The translations under genes and the position numbers were made by a program. A stretch of 63,234 nucleotides of DNA, the filler included, from Salisapilia sapeloensis CBS 127946 (Eukaryota; Protista; Oomycota): assembly GCA_023334545.1 (NCBI GenBank). It is 4 parts of 4 records of this genome, joined end to end, with 100 filler letters (N's around TTAATTAATTAA, not from the genome) between each part and the next. Parts side by side here need not be neighbours in the genome. Positions count along the whole stretch, not along the records: positions 41,758 to 56,074 come from JAADVB010000388.1; positions 56,175 to 63,234 come from JAADVB010000535.1; 2 more parts are not named here. One strand, 5' to 3'. This document shows positions 42,992 through 56,175 of this stretch, piece by piece. The notes beneath the pieces were generated by a model. The model did not search any database. It was not told where the DNA came from and saw only the letters and a program-made list of their open reading frames with translations. The stretch's first letter is position 1. Each line of letters starts with the position of its first letter.

Positions 42992-44416
42992 ATGGCCAGC
43001 AAGGAACGACTACAACTAGTTCGAACACGGACGTATCAACAGCGTCGATTGGCTGGTGATAGTAGCAATGCTAGTGTGGTCACATTAGACAATGACGACG
43101 ATCTCACCTACCTTGCTACGGTTACAGTCGATTCTAACGAGTATGCGTTAATCATGGACACAGGGTCGACGGACTTGTGGATCTCGTGCTCGTACTTTCG
43201 AGGTGCCAAGTGTCTTGACATGTCTACAATGTCGGAAAATGACTCGTGTCCGAATAAAGCGACTGGTATTCGATACACTGCCGGTCTCGTATGCGTCGAT
43301 CCAAAGCGAGTGACACTGGAATTGGGTCATTTAGAACTCGACGATCATTTAATCGGCATCGCTTCTGGGGAAAATGTCGAAAAGAATAGTAAAAACTCAC
43401 TACTAGCTCCAGGTGTCGACGGACTCTTCGGATTATCATACGATGCGATGGCCAAGTTACCTAGCTCGGAAGGTCACACTGTCATCGATCGTGTAAAGAG
43501 TTTCTCCATGTACTTGAATGCGTATGAAGACGAGAAGTCGACCAATTCCTTCTTGATGTTTAATGACGTCGATGAGGACCTGATTGACGAGCTAGCCTTT
43601 ACACCACATCGAGTACCGCTAGCAGAAGACTTTCGATGGTCCTTGGGCATGACACAGCTCAAGGTTGGAAACGAAACAATTCAACAGCCATGCACCAAAA
43701 ATACACTCGAAAGCACTGGATGTCGAGCTGTCATCGATACAGGGACGTCTATGATCAGAGTGCCTCCGCCTATCTTTAATCTCATGGACAAGATGTTCTT
43801 TGAAGGCTGCACGTACGGAAATGGACAAAAGAATGGCTATCCGCTCTGTCCTCGGTCTATGGATCTACCTACCATTGGCTTTACGATGGCTGGGACAACA
43901 TTTACGCTCGACCCGGAGGATTATGCCGTAGACAGTGGAGACGACTACGTTCGTCTCATGTTTAAACCTTCGTACAAGGGGAATGAAGATGAAGAGCACT
44001 GGACGATCGGAACGCCGTTCATGCGCAAGTTCTACATGGACTTTCAAGTAGACGATAGCATCGTCATCTATTGTAATGACGACGACAATGCGACCGTTGG
44101 TGCGTGTACGAATAACGCAGGCATATCGTCATCCAGTGGCAGTGGTTCTTTATATGATATTGATTCGAGCGACGAGGACAGTGGTAGTGGGAACTCGTCT
44201 GGATCTGCTAGTCAGTCTGGTGCTACTGGCAACGACGACGGTGGGTCGAATGACACGGTTTATATTGTGGTAGGTGTGATTGTTGGTGTCGCTGCCATTA
44301 TCTTGCTTGCTTTCGGTATCCGCTGGTTCCTGCGTCGCAGGAGGGAGAAGAAGGAGAATACGGAAATTTACTACATGAACTCCATTCCAGCAGAGCCATC
44401 ATATGAGAGAGTTTAA
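42992..44416 (+). CDS. Pepsin-family (A1) aspartic protease with a C-terminal TM anchor
   Basis: Two catalytic motifs (IMDTGSTDLW, VIDTGTS), WTIGTPFMRKFY, a Ser/Gly/Asp stalk, the TM segment VYIVVGVIVGVAAIILLAFGI and a tail ending YERV. Confidence 0.9.
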   Translation: MASKERLQLVRTRTYQQRRLAGDSSNASVVTLDNDDDLTYLATVTVDSNEYALIMDTGSTDLWISCSYFRGAKCLDMSTMSENDSCPNKATGIRYTAGLVCVDPKRVTLELGHLELDDHLIGIASGENVEKNSKNSLLAPGVDGLFGLSYDAMAKLPSSEGHTVIDRVKSFSMYLNAYEDEKSTNSFLMFNDVDEDLIDELAFTPHRVPLAEDFRWSLGMTQLKVGNETIQQPCTKNTLESTGCRAVIDTGTSMIRVPPPIFNLMDKMFFEGCTYGNGQKNGYPLCPRSMDLPTIGFTMAGTTFTLDPEDYAVDSGDDYVRLMFKPSYKGNEDEEHWTIGTPFMRKFYMDFQVDDSIVIYCNDDDNATVGACTNNAGISSSSGSGSLYDIDSSDEDSGSGNSSGSASQSGATGNDDGGSNDTVYIVVGVIVGVAAIILLAFGIRWFLRRRREKKENTEIYYMNSIPAEPSYERV

Positions 44417-45517
44417 GGTATTGCGCTGGACTTGGCAAGGAAGGCGTTTGGAAACTGTCGAATGAAGACAGTCAAATTTCTTAATGCATTGTCGTTGGTT
44501 CTTGCTTTCGAAATAGATAGCTGTCATGGAATATATATTGCATTGATAGTGTATGGATACGTTTAGTGTGTAGCTTCATACGCATTTTGATGAACGAAGC
44601 TGATGTCTTCACTTGACGATCGTTCTTTCGCCTAGTTCTGCAGTCAATATCGTCACAGTCTACAGAACAAAGTGATGAAAGTTGCATCAAGTGAAGAGGT
44701 AATCATCAATTAGCGTGAATCTATAAACTATAGTTTATTGCATCTTGGTGTTTTACAACAGAGATATAGAAGTTGTTGAAAATATATCTACGCAGAGTTT
44801 AATGAGAAGTATCGAGCGCACAATCTAGCATTTACCAGCCTGAAGTACAGATAAGAAGAAGAGAATGCAAAGCTTATAATTAGCCGATGAATTAAGCATT
44901 CTGTTGATAACAGATACTGGTTCAGAGAATAGCTTTAAATACAATCTCGCAAAGCTGTAGACTCTTTCTACTGAGCATCATAGAGCTTGTCTTACTAGCC
45001 CATCGTATCTCTATGATCATGCTATTCCACCCATGGTTTCCATACCTTGTATTTATCTCATCACTACAAAGACCATGCCTCAGATAGATGACTATCAACT
45101 CAAAATCAGTGTATTCAGCTTACACTACAGCACCGTGGAAAAACCTCTCTAATGCAGATAACAATCATAGATTACATCCACCTTCCCTTCTAGTCCAATC
45201 CAACTTATACCTCCTCCTTCCTTCTCAAGCGATACACATTGCATCAACTAATACCCATCCCTCTAATCCCGTTGTCAACCCTACATTAAAATCATACTAC
45301 CTCCAGCCCATACCAACGCTCTAGCAACCACTTGCATCCACCAAGCACTGTCCATCAATTCCGACCAGACCTAAAGACTTTTGTACAATGTATTTTGTTG
45401 ATGACGCCGGCGCGTATCAATTCCGTGTTGAACTAGCCACTTGCGTATCAAATAAATAAAAAACCGATTTGGAGCCAATTGATCTCGTCATTCCTCCATT
45501 CGTGCCCTCCAGTCAAC

Positions 45518-46491
45518 ATGTCTCCACCTTCGAATGAAAAGTCCGGTGGTTCCGGCCAAGCTGCAGCCCGTCTACTAGGCTCCACGGGCTCAGGCATCAT
45601 GGAGCTCCTCATCTTCCATCCCGTGGATACCTTATCCAAGCGTCTAATGAACAATAAGGAGAAGATCTCAGGCACGCACACGCTTAGCAAAGTCATCTTC
45701 CGGGATGCACACACGGCGCCGTTGCTCCAACGCTATGCGTCTCTCTTCCCTGGCCTCGGCTTTGCCGCAGGATACAAAGTCTCGCAGCGTATCTACAAGT
45801 TCGGTGGCCAACCAGTGATGAAGGACTACATCACCAAGCATCACGCCGACTTTTTCCACAAAACCTTTGGCGACAGACAAGCCAAGACCATGATGCATGC
45901 AACGGCCGGGAGTCTCATTGGTGTAGGCGAAATCGCTCTCTTGCCACTCGATGTGCTCAAGATCCGAGCACAGACCAACCCTGCTGCCATTGCCAACAAG
46001 GGCATTGTGCAGATCTTCCGAGAGGAAGGTTTGGCATTGTACAGAGGAGCTGGATGGACAGCTGCGAGAAATGCTCCAGGATCCTTTGCTCTCTTTGGTG
46101 GTTCTGCTGGTACGAAGGAGTATCTGTTTGGACTAGAAAACTACAACGACGCTACGTTCTTCCAGAACTTTGTTGCGTCCATTGCTGGTGCCTCGGCTAG
46201 TATCATTGGTATGTATATCCTTTCTGTTGCTTCTAGTACTTTGTATTGATGTGGGATGGATGTGTAGTGGCGCAACCGTTGGATGTGATCAAGACACGCG
46301 TCCAGTCTCGAGCTTTTGACTCGCCAGAATCTGGCGTGAGCGTCGTGAAGAACTTGCTCAAGAACGAAGGTCCGACGGCGTTGTTCAAAGGAGTCGTGCC
46401 GAAGCTAAGTGTCGTCGGCCCCAAGCTCGTCTTCTCGTTTGCTGTCGCACAACATCTCATTGCGTACTTTGAAAAGTCTTTCAGCAAGTAG
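45518..46491 (+). CDS. GGC1: Mitochondrial GTP/GDP carrier (Ggc1/Yhm1-like); intron 46209-46267
   Basis: ARLLGSTGSGIMELLIFHPVDTLSKRLM, YKVSQRIYKFGGQP, PLDVLKI, RNAPGSFALFGG and QPLDVIKTR. Confidence 0.88.
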
Positions 46492-46625
46492 ATGGATACA
46501 TGGTCACGTCGTCCAGGATCTCTATTAGAACGAATATAGTGCATGGATCCTGTCCATTCCAATGTCCTTGAGTAGAGCTTTGCAATGCGGTCAACGGGCC
46601 AAAACTCGCTGTATTGACATGATCT

Positions 46626-47150
46626 TTATAGCAAATTCTTTCGATAGATGTAGTCGGCTATGTATGGGTCTTGGCAGTGGACGATGGTGCTTTCGAACGT
46701 ATAGCCGTGGCTCTCATACAGACGTTGTGCCTTGTCCATGGGAGCACCAGTGTCTAGCATGAGAGACTTAAAACCATTTGCCACTGCCCACTCCTCCAAC
46801 GTCTGGATAAGCTTATGCCCTAGTCCAAGTCGACGATAGTTGGCGTCTACGGATACCCTTCGTATCTCGCCCTCTCCATTTCCTTTATTCGCAATCGCAG
46901 CACTTGCAATGACTTTTTCGCGATCCTCCTGACCTTCCTTGATTGTACCAACCCAAAAGAACCCGCCTCGTTGGAAATAGAACTCGTCGATGGTTGCTAA
47001 ATCGCCTTGCTTACATCGCTCCAAGTACTGATTAAGCTGTTTTAAATTTTTCTGATAGCCTTCATACTCTCTCATACCTTCGCATATCATTTCAACGACA
47101 GTATCATGATCTTCTGGTGCATACGCTCGGATTTGAATCATCTCTCTCAT
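46626..47150 (-). CDS. GNAT N-acetyltransferase (NAT8/camello-like)
   Basis: GGFFWV, GEIRRVSVDANYRRLGLG and AQRLYESHGY. Confidence 0.88.
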   Translation of the reverse strand: MREMIQIRAYAPEDHDTVVEMICEGMREYEGYQKNLKQLNQYLERCKQGDLATIDEFYFQRGGFFWVGTIKEGQEDREKVIASAAIANKGNGEGEIRRVSVDANYRRLGLGHKLIQTLEEWAVANGFKSLMLDTGAPMDKAQRLYESHGYTFESTIVHCQDPYIADYIYRKNLL

Positions 47151-47425
47151 ATCCCACAGAAGTAGATGGCGAAATGGTGGAAAGGAAGAGCACGATCGCT
47201 CATCTCATCAAGTGATCCATTCGTGGCATACTGTAGAGAACTATACATACATTCTTTACAGTATGATCGTTGGATGCGTAAACATGAGGTCCATTTTCAG
47301 ACCAGCGGTATCCACCGGTCGATGATCATGAGGTACTTGTCTTTGCCGTAATGGCACTAATCTGACATTTCATCTTTTGCCTTGGACGTACCATTTGCAG
47401 CTTGAGCACTTGGATTCTCTTCGAA

Positions 47426-48016
47426 ATGTCTGAAAACTCGTCACTAGCTTCCAACTCCTGCGTTACCATTCGTGCGTATGAACCGCGAGATTTCGATGCG
47501 ATCACGCGAATGTTTAAGGATGGTATGTATGCCCATGAGGCACACCAGAAGATCTTCAACGACCCAACTCTCGGTAGAATGGTCGAAGAGATGCTTCAGA
47601 AAGACATTGACGGCGATTTATCGCACATTGACGAGGTTTACGTCAAGCCCGGCGGTTTCTATTGGGTGGCAACGACACCATCTACAAAGGGTGAACGCGT
47701 TGTTGGTATGGTCGCGTTAGAGAACAAGGGAAATGGAGTCGGTGAATTGCGTCGTATGTCTGTGCACCAAGACTATCGGCGAACTGGACTAGGTCGCAAG
47801 CTTGTAGCGGAGCTCGAAAAGTGGGCGAAAGAGCAAGGCTACCGGAAGGTTATGCTCGGAACTGGCAGCACGATGGAAATGGCGCGCAAGTTCTATGAGT
47901 CCCAAAACTATATTTTGAAAGAAATCGTTCCATTCGACCGAGAGGATGTCGAAGATACGAAACACATCGAGGGAGCTGAGAACTGGAGTGCACACATGTA
48001 CGAGAAAGAGCTCTAA
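47426..48016 (+). CDS. GNAT N-acetyltransferase (NAT8/camello-like), paralogue of the divergent neighbour
   Basis: GGFYWV, GELRRMSVHQDYRRTGLG and ARKFYESQNY. Confidence 0.88.
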   Translation: MSENSSLASNSCVTIRAYEPRDFDAITRMFKDGMYAHEAHQKIFNDPTLGRMVEEMLQKDIDGDLSHIDEVYVKPGGFYWVATTPSTKGERVVGMVALENKGNGVGELRRMSVHQDYRRTGLGRKLVAELEKWAKEQGYRKVMLGTGSTMEMARKFYESQNYILKEIVPFDREDVEDTKHIEGAENWSAHMYEKEL

Positions 48017-48242
48017 AAGACGAAGTTTCCGCTCCAACACAAGTTAAAATTTCAATTTCAATCGTGACCAATGCGTTGTCTACTTCTATAGCTACGAGCA
48101 ATATGTTGTCCAGTTCACATCAGTGTCCAAGCCTCACGCACTATCACATGTATCGTACATTTCTAGGTATTAATGTACGTTGCAGACAAAGTGGAGAGAA
48201 TCTAACAATGTCAACGAAGAGTACGAATTGATTACTTCTTAA

Positions 48243-49683
48243 CTACAAAACCGATTGCAATGTTGATAGTATAACGTATACGCAACAAGTCGATGCCATC
48301 GCAATGAAGAGTAATACGACCACTATCTTCCACCTCCACAGCCTTTTCTTTGATTGTGCGAATGCTGTCGGCGGGAAATAGTCTTGTAGCACTTCAACGA
48401 GTTTCGCATGCGAAGGGACAGGTGTACCATCGGGGTACTGGATTCCATGTACTTGCAGCTCAAATGCAGCCGCGAGACCATAGTGGTCGGACAAGTGGGT
48501 GACTGGCAACAACGCTGCATCTTCAGCAAGCATCTGTCCATCGTTCTCCTTGCATTGCCTCGCTAGCTCATCCACTGGACACTTGTCCACGCGAACACTG
48601 TCGTGGATGACAGTCAGATTACAATGAGGGGCTTTGGTATCATTGTGGTGATCGAGGGAAGGCGAAAAGAGCAGGTAGTCGATACACTTACCATCCTTCT
48701 GACCTTCCGGACGATGGACTAGTGTCGCATGTCCATCTCCATTCGTGGTCGCATGCACCTCGTCATTGCTTTTGGCTCGATACGTTTTCATTAAATCAAT
48801 CAACGGTCTACCTACAGCCTGTTGTAAATCTTGAAGGACTTGCTGGTAGATTTTACTCTCTCTACATGCATGACTGATGCACTTGCCGAGCGCATCATGG
48901 GTCAAATCGTGCCTGGCATCCATGTTAAAATCTCCTGAGATGAGGACAGGAACGACTGGATCTGTCGCAACAGTTTTGCGGACAAAGGCAGCGAATTCGG
49001 ACAATTGGGACGTCCGAATGTCGTATGGAATTTTCTGGTCTCCGGCTTGCGTATGCGTGGTGAAGACGTGGAGACAGTCGGAAAGATCAGGAGAGAGCTG
49101 GATGCGAGCATATAAGACCCCTTTTGCACAGATCCCATCCGCTCCTTCACCTAACGTGTAGATGAGCTGCTCTCTTTCGACAATCGGGAAACGACTGAGG
49201 ATGAGCAGACCTCCATCGATGAGTCTCGAGTCAAAGACACGAGGCTAGCATGATGATAAAGTTACTGGAATGGGGTAAAAGGATGAGGATGAGTTACCCA
49301 AACGGATCCACAGTGGTATTGGAAGCCAATGGAGGCTGCTTGATGCAGAAAACGTCTTTGCCTCACACCAATTTCAAACATCTCCTAGTTCCATGTGTCA
49401 AATTCTTTTAGTATACAAGGATATAAAAGCGAAGTAAGATGCCTGGAGGAAGACAATGTCATAGTTTTGGATCTTTTGCAACAGTAGCGAGATACGAAGA
49501 TCTTTGAAATCACCAGAGCTAAACCATTTGCCACTGTGGATGCCTTCAGGTCGCACAAAAGTCTGCAATAGATACCATATAGCAAGGAATATGTGATAGG
49601 TTCCAAAGGATGGGTATATAGCAGTGGTAGAATCATACGTTTAGGCTTAAAATAGCGAGTTGTTCTCTTCGTGGGATCTCCAT
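48243..49683 (-). CDS. Endonuclease/exonuclease/phosphatase family, neutral-sphingomyelinase-like, with a C-terminal TM; 4 exons
   Basis: The spliced N-terminus reads MEIPRREQLAILSLN|TFVRP..YDIVFLQ|EMFE. Further motifs are DGGLLILSRFPI, KGVLYA, TTHTQA, SGDFN, CIDYLL and LSDHYG, with a hydrophobic C-terminus. Confidence 0.85.
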
Positions 49684-50315
49684 GTCGTTTGCGTACAAAT
49701 GTCAAGTTACTTGTCCAATCTGATAAAAGAAAAAGAAAAGAAAAGAGTACTAGATTTCTATGCGCAGGTGCTAGTGGAAACTTTATGCGAACCATCGCTT
49801 TGATCTAGCTTTAGAGCACTAGTTTAGATTGTATTTCGTCAAAGCAGCCATACGTGTGTGTACATTCGACTAGTTATCATAATAGATATCGGTAAGACAT
49901 ACGGCTACTCGTCTTCTGCTGGGAACAATCTAGACATCCTGCAAACTATGAGTTTTCATTTTTATCTATCCACGGACTGATTTGCATCATTGACGGCTTC
50001 TTTGACGGATTAACTTCTCATGCATATTCTTAGTTTCTTTCCTGGATGCGTGGAGCCTTTTCACGAAGAATGAAAGAGTGACATATTTTTGTTATCAAAC
50101 TCAGGTACATAGTGTTCTCCACAGTGCATGCTAGTTGTGAGTCAGCCAACCGAAAAAACCAAGTTCGATTGTAGAATGCCTTGTATTCAATAAAAAAGAA
50201 TGACACATTAAAACGACAACGAAGCTCATTGGAATAATGGGCAAGTACAAGTCAATCTGTGAATGCTCATCAATGAAATGAGCTTCATCGCTCTTGTACC
50301 TTGAAATCTCTTTTT

Positions 50316-51503
50316 TCAGATAGGCGGGCTTGTGCCTAGTCCTCCGAGTGCACGCAGTTCTTGCATTCTCTGCTTCACGAGCCTTGTCTGTTCATTGAGA
50401 GTTTGCAACGCGTTTTGAGCTTCATCAATATCTTCTTCGAGCTCCCACAAGAGATCATAGTATTTCTGTCGCCTGTTGAACAGATCCTCTTCGTCTTTCA
50501 AGCTTGCACGCAATTCCTTCTGACGTTGGAGAGATTGAGCTTCTAGCAAATATTGTTCAGTCGAGCTCACTTCTGTTTGCCTGGTCTCTGCTTTGAGTCG
50601 CTCAATTGTTTCAGTCATATTAGCTCGCTCCCGTGTCATCCACGTCTCAAGCTCATCTACATTGTTGAAAGTGTTTCCATCTAGTGTCCATAAATTGATG
50701 TTAGATGTTTATTTAATGTAATTGCTTAATCAGGAAATTTGCTTACGAATATGCGATAACAAATTTAAATTGATTCTCCCTTGCATCGCTCTTGCTTGAC
50801 TGTGGACAATCGATGCGTTACGCTCTTCATGAAGAGCTCTGTGAATGTGGGGTTTTGCAATTTCCCATGTGACCATCGTCGAGCGATCCAATTCATCATC
50901 TACGAAAGAGCCATAGCGTGTCGACCCGTCCGAATCGACAAGCATACCAAAGCCATGTCGAAGAGACGCTTTCCACTCGCCAGTGTACTGATCACCTCTC
51001 TCGTTCATAAAAACACCATACCCGTTAGCATGACCATTTAAAAGTTCCCCAGCATACATTGCCCCACTCGGAAAACGGCGAACGCCCAATCCGTTGGGAA
51101 TGCCGTGACTCAATTGACCTTCGTAAACAACACCGAGAGGGGACTCCAAAACACCAGTGCCGTGCGGCTCATTAGCTAAAAATAAAAGCAGGTCAGACTA
51201 GAACGTAGATACTCAGGGTATTAAAGTCAAGACATTACATGACGAATATTGTCCTTGGTAGAAAGACCCATCATCAAGATATCCAAATTCGACCGTTCGG
51301 TCAAATCGTAGCAATTCACTTTGATTATTTATCTGCTGGTTATCCTCTACAGCCCTTGATCTAGTTTGTGGAAAAGGCCAAGCCATTGATGTCTCTTCCC
51401 CTCGGTCGCCTTCGTGCTGACCACCACCTCCAGCTATGCTAAAATGTCTCTCTTCCGGGCTTTTGTCCGTTCTTGTCGTTCTAGGACTTATCCAATATGA
51501 CAT
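50316..51503 (-). CDS. MORN-repeat protein with a C-terminal coiled coil; 3 exons
   Basis: YQGQY..EPHGTG, YEGQLSHGIPNGLG, YAGELLNGHANGYG and YTGEWKASLRHGFG. A GTAAGC donor links to the coiled-coil exon 50316-50680. Confidence 0.8.
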
Positions 51504-51808
51504 CTATGCAACTCTTGTACACTTTGAAACGACTCTCCATGCCATGAAACGACCATCTATTTCGCTCTTTTCTGCTACTTTTAAATACTCGGAAACGATT
51601 GCTTTTCCTTCACGAAACGATATTTCCACTTGAGTTAATGAGAAAACACTGAATATATCAAAAAGTATCTTTCGTTTATCATTTCAAGCGTCATGCTCTG
51701 GTGTGTCTATTGGAAAAGACGTCATCTATGATCAATGGAAAAGTGTTGGCGACAACAACTCGCAAAAGGGCGCATCCACGTACTTGGTAGTGTACGCAGC
51801 ATTCTCGC

Positions 51809-52790
51809 ATGAGTAAAGACATTTCTTGGATAGAGAGTATAGCTATGGACAGTGCTTGTGATGATCACTTTGGATGGGAGCTTCATCATGATACACAACA
51901 CAACCTCCTCTTCTACGTCCATACTTACACTGGCGAAGTGCGATGGTTACCTCCAGAGCAGGTGGGTTTCGTGATGAATGGGCTGAAGCCACTTCCTGCA
52001 TCGACTGAGGCTGGTGGTGATTGGAATCCATTCTATCCTCACGTCGTCATGGGCTCCACTGGCCTTCTTCGAGTGCATCCGATCGAAGAAAATGATGTCA
52101 AGTGTGGGTATAACCGGTTTCCATTGAAGTGCATTTCAGAAGAACAAAAGAGACAATTCAATTTGCATTTTGACACGAATGGATATGTACTACCGAAACA
52201 ACGCCTGCTGCCTCCGACATGGGAGCCAATAAAGCACGGATCTCCATTCCTACCTCCGTATCCGGTAGCTGTACTACCTAATACAGCATCGGATAATCCC
52301 ATCAACTACCGAAGGAGTAAAATGGAGAGACTCCAAGCTATTGCAGCAGATACAGAATGGATTCAGATGACGCAGGAAAACCCAATTTCGAGCTACGAAG
52401 ATAGGAGAGTTCATTGCCAAGATCCATCGCAAGGGTTGAACGTATCCAATGACGAATATGAACTCCAAGGTGTGTCATATAGACGGCGATTGTATAAAGT
52501 ATACGGAAATGATTACTGGAAACTGCAGCAGATCCCAAGCTCATGGCGCGAGTGGAGAAACGGAAGGAGCATAATCGACGCGGCTATACCTTGCGCCAAA
52601 ATCGCAAGTGGATGAAGGCTCTGGGGTTGACCAAGCAGCCACGAGATGAGTTCTATCGTCAGAATCAGAGTCGATCTGCGACCATACCAAGTTACTCTAC
52701 TTCATCGTCTGGTAACTTTCTTTTCTTAGTCTGTTGCACGATATTTTCTTGACTCATGTGACCGACCTAGGTCGAAACTCCAAGTCCTAA
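51809..52790 (+). CDS. WW-domain protein, function unknown
   Basis: FGWELHHD..LFYVHTYTGEVRWLPP. Probable introns at ~52470-52527 and ~52712-52770 switch the frame to ADPKLMARVEKRKEHNRR. Confidence 0.6.
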
Positions 52791-53266
52791 GCTATTGGTC
52801 ACGCTTTCATGATACATTTTAGTTTTCACGTTTGCCGTTTCCTTCCCCCATTGCCATTTTTATGGTTCGAAGATCAGGAAAGAAATGAGAAGCACTTTAT
52901 TACTTGCGTCTTACCCGACTCTTGTCAATGCATGTATATCTACATCCGTGACTCGTTTTAAACGCTCTGGTAAACTATACATCGTCAACAGTGAGCATTC
53001 GAAACAAGCGAAAGGTGTGCTTATACACGTAAGATGTGACTTCTGAGTCTTCATGTATGCCACGCTTCCGGCCTTTGAAGATATACGCTCTTCTACGAAA
53101 GTATTCCGGTACATCCGTCCATTCTTTACAACATGAATCAAGGCTCCAGTACCTCTCTATATGCACCATAGCATAAGCACAAAACAACCATAAAACGAGG
53201 AAGCGGCATATACTTTGCGCTGGACTGTCCCTTCCTTTTATCCTGGCAAAGAATCACACGCACAAA

Positions 53267-54804
<1,538 letters not shown>

Positions 54805-54938
54805 GACCGAGATACAAGATCTATCAATCCACACTTTTCTTTTCATCGTCACATGCATGTCTTGTAAACCATTTCGAGTCGAGTGCACATTCATAGTAGA
54901 GCACCGATGCCTGTACCTCTGCTTCGACCTGAGGGTGC

Positions 54939-55430
54939 TTAGAAGAAGGTCGTGTAGGCAGCTATGATAGCTACTATGAATGAGGCGATGCATGTACTTT
55001 GGGCTGTGGAAGTGCCGTTTGATGCGCTTTCATCTGAACTTGATGCGTCAGTTGAATTGGAAGTAGCGTTCAATGACGCTGATGAAGAACTATCGGTGTC
55101 AATTTCAAGCGTAGCACTTGCACTGGCAGCCAAACCGTTGTTGGATGAGCCGGCTTCCAAATCGACGGATACTCCCGTCGAGATGGTATTGTCGTCATCT
55201 GTAGAATCGGAACAACACCACAGTGGCTGAGACGCTGAAGCAGGACAACAGCCATCCGAAGTATTACAGCAATCGAGACCAGCGCACTTTGAGTACCCGC
55301 CGCAAACTTCATCGAGGATTCGTTTCATTGTGAACGCTTGGCTTATTTCGTTGTTATCACGTTGGCGTAAGGTACCGGTCGCTAGGATTCCAGGAAGCAA
55401 TGTAGCAGTACAGATAAGAGTCCACTGCAT
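54939..55430 (-). CDS. Small secreted, probably GPI-anchored protein with a Cys-rich module
   Basis: N-terminal hydrophobic signal, C-x5-C-x4-CC-x5-CC-x9-CC module, Ser/Thr-rich stalk and hydrophobic C-terminus (CIASFIVAIIAAYTTFF). Confidence 0.75.
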   Translation of the reverse strand: MQWTLICTATLLPGILATGTLRQRDNNEISQAFTMKRILDEVCGGYSKCAGLDCCNTSDGCCPASASQPLWCCSDSTDDDNTISTGVSVDLEAGSSNNGLAASASATLEIDTDSSSSASLNATSNSTDASSSDESASNGTSTAQSTCIASFIVAIIAAYTTFF

Positions 55431-56074
55431 GGTTTAACTTGCGGAGTTTGAAGAGTTTTACGAAATGAAACACGATCAAGTTTGACAGAGTCTTATCTGT
55501 GATACCTCCATTTACTTCGCTGCTAAAGATACTACGAGTAGAATTCCTTGCCTAGTGATCTTAGTATTGCTATAAATATTTCACTTGAACAAATACTTTA
55601 TTGCTAAGCACGATGTGAAACCCCGCGTCGTACATTTCAGATCAAAGAACGGCTTATGTAGTATAATTGACGAACGTGTTCTTGTTTTCATAAGTAGTCG
55701 CTTGGTAGGTAGTGTGCAAGCCTAGACAAATTACACATTGTAATCGGGGATATAAAATCTACGAATGTTCCAGCTCATTGTTTTATTTTCCTGACCTTAC
55801 TTTCGAATTACACTAACAGCCTCCAAACGTGACTTTTATTGAAGCACGAGTGACTGAATAACTAGCATTTTTTCTGGGATGTGCCGTCATTACGGATAGT
55901 TCAGATCGACATTTTGGCCATCAGACACCTTGCACTGCTTCGAGGTTACCATAGGTTTGATCCCTGATACCGAATTTTCACTGTTCATCGATCCAACTTC
56001 CATTGTCATGCATTAAACCAGCGGAACATGCCTAGATACTTTGTGGCTAGTGTCGATAATATCCATTTGGTGGA

Positions 56075-56174
56075 NNNNNNNNNNNNNNNNNNNNNNNNNN
56101 NNNNNNNNNNNNNNNNNNTTAATTAATTAANNNNNNNNNNNNNNNNNNNNNNNNNNNNNNNNNNNNNNNNNNNN
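56075..56174. other. Assembly gap spacer
   Basis: 44N-TTAATTAATTAA-44N. Confidence 0.97.
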
Positions 56175-56175
56175 A

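Noticed and set aside
49385-49795. 136-aa ORF in the track
   Set aside because: It is a wrong-frame read across introns and 5' exons of the sphingomyelinase-like gene.
52911-53241. Possible small multi-exon minus-strand gene between the WW gene and CNOT11
   Set aside because: Several splice models are possible and none gives a recognisable protein. It needs RNA evidence.
55340-55380. RxLR-like reading of TLRQR..KRILDE, and of NLRGSE..EE in the CBM1 gene
   Set aside because: Neither is an R-x-L-R match. Both proteins look apoplastic or surface-bound.
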